The notes below the pieces were generated by a model that saw only the letters and a program-made list of their open reading frames with translations, did not search any database and had not been told where the DNA came from. This document shows, in pieces, positions 60,760-64,000 of a DNA stretch of 64,000 nt. The first letter of the stretch is position 1, and every line of letters starts with the position of its first letter. The position numbers and the translations under genes are program-made. The DNA is taken from positions 3,901,891-3,965,890 of the forward strand of contig CAJFCJ010000002.1 in assembly GCA_904063045.1 (NCBI GenBank), in the 5' to 3' direction. The DNA comes from Dimorphilus gyrociliatus. Its lineage: Eukaryota > Animalia > Annelida.

Positions 60760-63700
60760 TCACAGATTATTTCTTAATTTCTTGTTAACTTCATTAACTT
60801 TCATTTTTCGTGCAATATCCAGTTTGTTTCGTACAACTCCTAAGTGTCTACGGATATACTCTTCATTTGGGGCAAGTTTTTGAACTTCAACCAAACATTT
60901 TTCAGCTTCATGCATTCGCTTCATTTCAAAATAAACTATGCATATATTATGCCTTGCCTGTCAGGAAAATAAACATTTTATATACTGTTCAGGCATTTAT
61001 CAATAATATAAATAGTAAATTTAACATGTCTACTTACTTGAACATTATTGGGTTCTATGTCTGTGATTTTTCTGAAATTCTCCAAAGCAGAATTTGCATC
61101 CTTCTCATAGTTTAGATTTAAATCGCCAAGAAGTAGAAGACCTTTGGTATGATTGGGATAATGTTGCAACAATTGCCTCAAATATATCAAAGCCTCGTCA
61201 TGCTTTTTCATATCGTTATTTAACATCAAAGCCAAATTAAAGAGAGCGCTACGGAAATTCGGCGTAATCTAAGAAGATACATGAAAGATATTATGAAATA
61301 TTAATAATTCTTCGTAGGAAATTTTTATTACATACCTCGATAGATTTCTTGTAAGCATTATATGCGTCATCAAATCGCTTAGCATCCATATATAACAGTC
61401 CAAGGCCAAAGTAAGCTTTCCCACTAGTTGGCTCCAATTGGAGTAAACGTTCCAGTCTCTCAATTGCTTGAGTCAACATATCCTTAATGTGAAGCTCTTG
61501 TATCAAAATCGCAGAATTATACATTGTCTGTTTATGTTCAGGAAAAGCCTTTAACCCCATCTCAAAACTTTTAAGAGCTTCTATCTTATTCTTCTTTTCC
61601 AGAAAGACAACTCCAATCTGTTAATAATAACAAGCTTGTTAGAGAACAAACATGTTTTTTCTAAATTTAATTTAAAATTTACATTGTAAAGAATATCAGC
61701 ATTATTTGGCTCATATTTTAAAGCTGTTCGATATTGAGCCAAGGCTTCATCCGATTTATTCATGCGCAATAAGATATCTCCGCGATTCAAATGAGCTTCA
61801 ATGAAACTTGGTCTCATCCTCAAGGCCTTTTGATAATACTAAAAATGGCAGAAAATGAGAGAATTAATAAACAATAAAGACGGAAATATCCGCTTTTTAT
61901 AATAAACTTATAAATGTACTCTAGTGAAAGGAATTGTTTTGAATCTTCAGCTTTCGCCACAATCCGATTAGTTAAAAATGATACTTTAGGATCAGCTGAT
62001 AAAATATGATGTCGTAGTTTTTTTAATATAAACAAACTCACAGAATCTGCTTCGCCTAATCTAGACAAATTGCGAGATATTAGAGATCCAAGGCCTAACA
62101 AGGCTCCAAGATGATTAGGTGCAACTCTTGTTTTGTACCTTTTGCCTGAAAATCAAATGTATTTGAAAAAAATGGAACAGATATGACCTTTTTCACCTCG
62201 AATAATAGCTGGTAATAATGAAACAGCTTTGCGATATGAATTTTCAGCCTCCGTATATTTCTCCAGATTCTTATATGCCCGTCCAACGTTAACATGAGCT
62301 CCAATGTCATCCGGTTGTACCCTATAATTTTTAACAAACAGAAAAATTAATAATTTTAATAATTATTTCAATCTGAAAGCTTATTACTTTGCGGCATATA
62401 AGAAGTACTTAAGCGCTCTTGCGTGGTCATTTTTTCCTTCCAAAGAATGGCCAACATTATTGAAGAGCTTAGCGTTATTTTGATTAACTCGGATAGCCGA
62501 TTTAAATAGGCTATGCTCTGATTCCCTGAGAAAATAATTAACGCTATTTAAAGATTTACATTTTAATTTGGATCTAATTTACCATTCATAATTCCTCAGG
62601 AATGTTTTAAAACTAAAAGAAATAACAACATTGGCAGCGAGGACATAAATTATCATTTTCGATATATAAGACATTGAAGAGATTTTATAGAGAATTTTAA
62701 AACCAATTGCTAGGAGTATACAGAACCCCATGCTTGGAATGTACAAAATTCTTTCAGCCACAACAAAACCAACAGGAAATAGAAGATTTGAAGCGGGTAA
62801 AAAGGGTATACTCATCAGAGCGAGGCTAAATGTTAAACATTTACTAATTTTCGTTTGTTGAGTGACTGCTAGAAGCCCCAACCAGAGGAATAAAGAGTAG
62901 AAGGTCAGAGTAGCGAAATTTCTAACATCCAAAAAGGAAGAGATAACAGGTATAGTTCCCATTGTCCAATCACAACAAAGACCAGAAGGATTTAATAACA
63001 ACCAGCTATTTACTGCGAGTAAATAATTGAAAGTTAACTGCCTAGTAGGAGAGGGAGACGCCGCAGCTGGATTGTCGAAGCTATATGAATGCAAATAATA
63101 TTAGAAAAATTACAATCTACAACAGTAAATGAGATTAAGTTCAACTTACTTTGTAAAGTGAGGTAACTGAGCGTCCATAACCTTGATTCTAGCATACAAT
63201 AAACTAACAGTTGTTCCAATTAACAAGGAACATCTCAGAAAAGATCTTTTGAACCATGGAGGACTTGTTCTATTGAAAATATTTAGGACGGTAGGAAGGT
63301 TTTGTAGTTTTAAGTTATTTGCGACAAAGACATCGAAGACACAACAAACTCCAATTACCGTAATACCTTGTTCTTTACATAGCATAGCAAATGCAACAAT
63401 TATTACAGAGAAGATAACATAGAGAAAGGCTGAAAATATGAAATTAAAGTTTAGAGAATGTGAATAAAGTAGATAGGAGAGATATGAGTTGTGTTTTGTT
63501 TTTATCAGTTCATTGTACTTTTATACACTCAATGACAATAGTTTATACAATATAAATACAACTGGTACCCCTCCTGTTCGAAAGTTTTTGTATTAACTGA
63601 CTTGAAATGGTCTGAGTTTTCACTGCTTTGTAATAACACAATAGGGCGGCAAGAAAAAATATCGAAGACAGCAGTTCAGCTCTACCCACAACTCCTGTTA

Positions 63701-64000
63701 CGGCTTCAGTATGGATGGGATGTACAGCAAATAAGACTGCGGAGGTATTAGTCAAAAACGAATCATTCAGCACTTTTTGACAAACTTTCCAAAAGAATAA
63801 GGTTACGATTATATGCAGAAGAACATTGACAAAATGATAACCCCAAGGATTTAACTCGCTTAATATGTAATTCCAACGGAAAGTTAAAATGCACAGAGGT
63901 CTATATGATTTATGACTTTTTTCATTGTTCATGGGAGTACCCCAAAAGTCGTTCCGGAAGAGATTGGATAAGGGTGTAAAGGCCCTCAAATCTTTATTAT
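60760..64000 (-). CDS. TMTC3: Protein O-mannosyltransferase TMTC3 (5' end beyond the window)
   Basis: [75 protein letters not shown] repeats, C-terminal [12 protein letters not shown]...[11 protein letters not shown]; stop 60760-60762. Confidence 0.92.

Noticed and set aside
63292-63304. AGGAAGGTTTTG resembling the P450-intron inverted repeat
   Set aside because: Partial match inside a TMTC3 exon with no partner repeat; chance.
1-64000. tRNA, rRNA, CRISPR arrays, transposase or reverse-transcriptase ORFs
   Set aside because: None seen on either strand; the sequence is eukaryotic and almost fully explained by spliced host genes.

Overview
AT-rich, very gene-dense eukaryotic (animal) DNA with tiny introns (mostly about 45-60 nt). 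I find no tRNA, rRNA, CRISPR or autonomous transposon sequence. The mix of DNA-PKcs, CFAP58, BABAM2, an EF-hand nicotinamidase and a U12-type intron suggests a compact-genome invertebrate, plausibly a spiralian such as the annelid Dimorphilus (inference only). Gene order: DNAJC17(-), CFAP58(+), furin/PCSK5-like convertase(-) with a cytochrome P450 nested in intron 2, MRPS36/KGD4(+), PRKDC(-, 17 kb), ATP5F1C(+), MRPS16(+), RPL31(-) hosting a SNORD58-like snoRNA, ERGIC3(+), a 134-aa orphan(-), EF-hand nicotinamidase(+), intronless BABAM2(+), TMEM63(-), La/SSB(+) with a U12 intron, a CRAL-TRIO protein(-), SF3B2(-), TMTC3(-, 5'-truncated by the window edge). Six of these are head-to-head pairs, most with an ETS-type CCGGAA motif. 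The most unusual feature is the single intron of the nested P450. Its two ends are a perfect 16-bp inverted repeat overlapping the splice sites, and the alignment-preferred donor is non-canonical (GA), so it looks like a transposon-derived (introner-like) or structure-defined intron. Gene models were built by eye from splice signals and recalled homology; no database searches were run.
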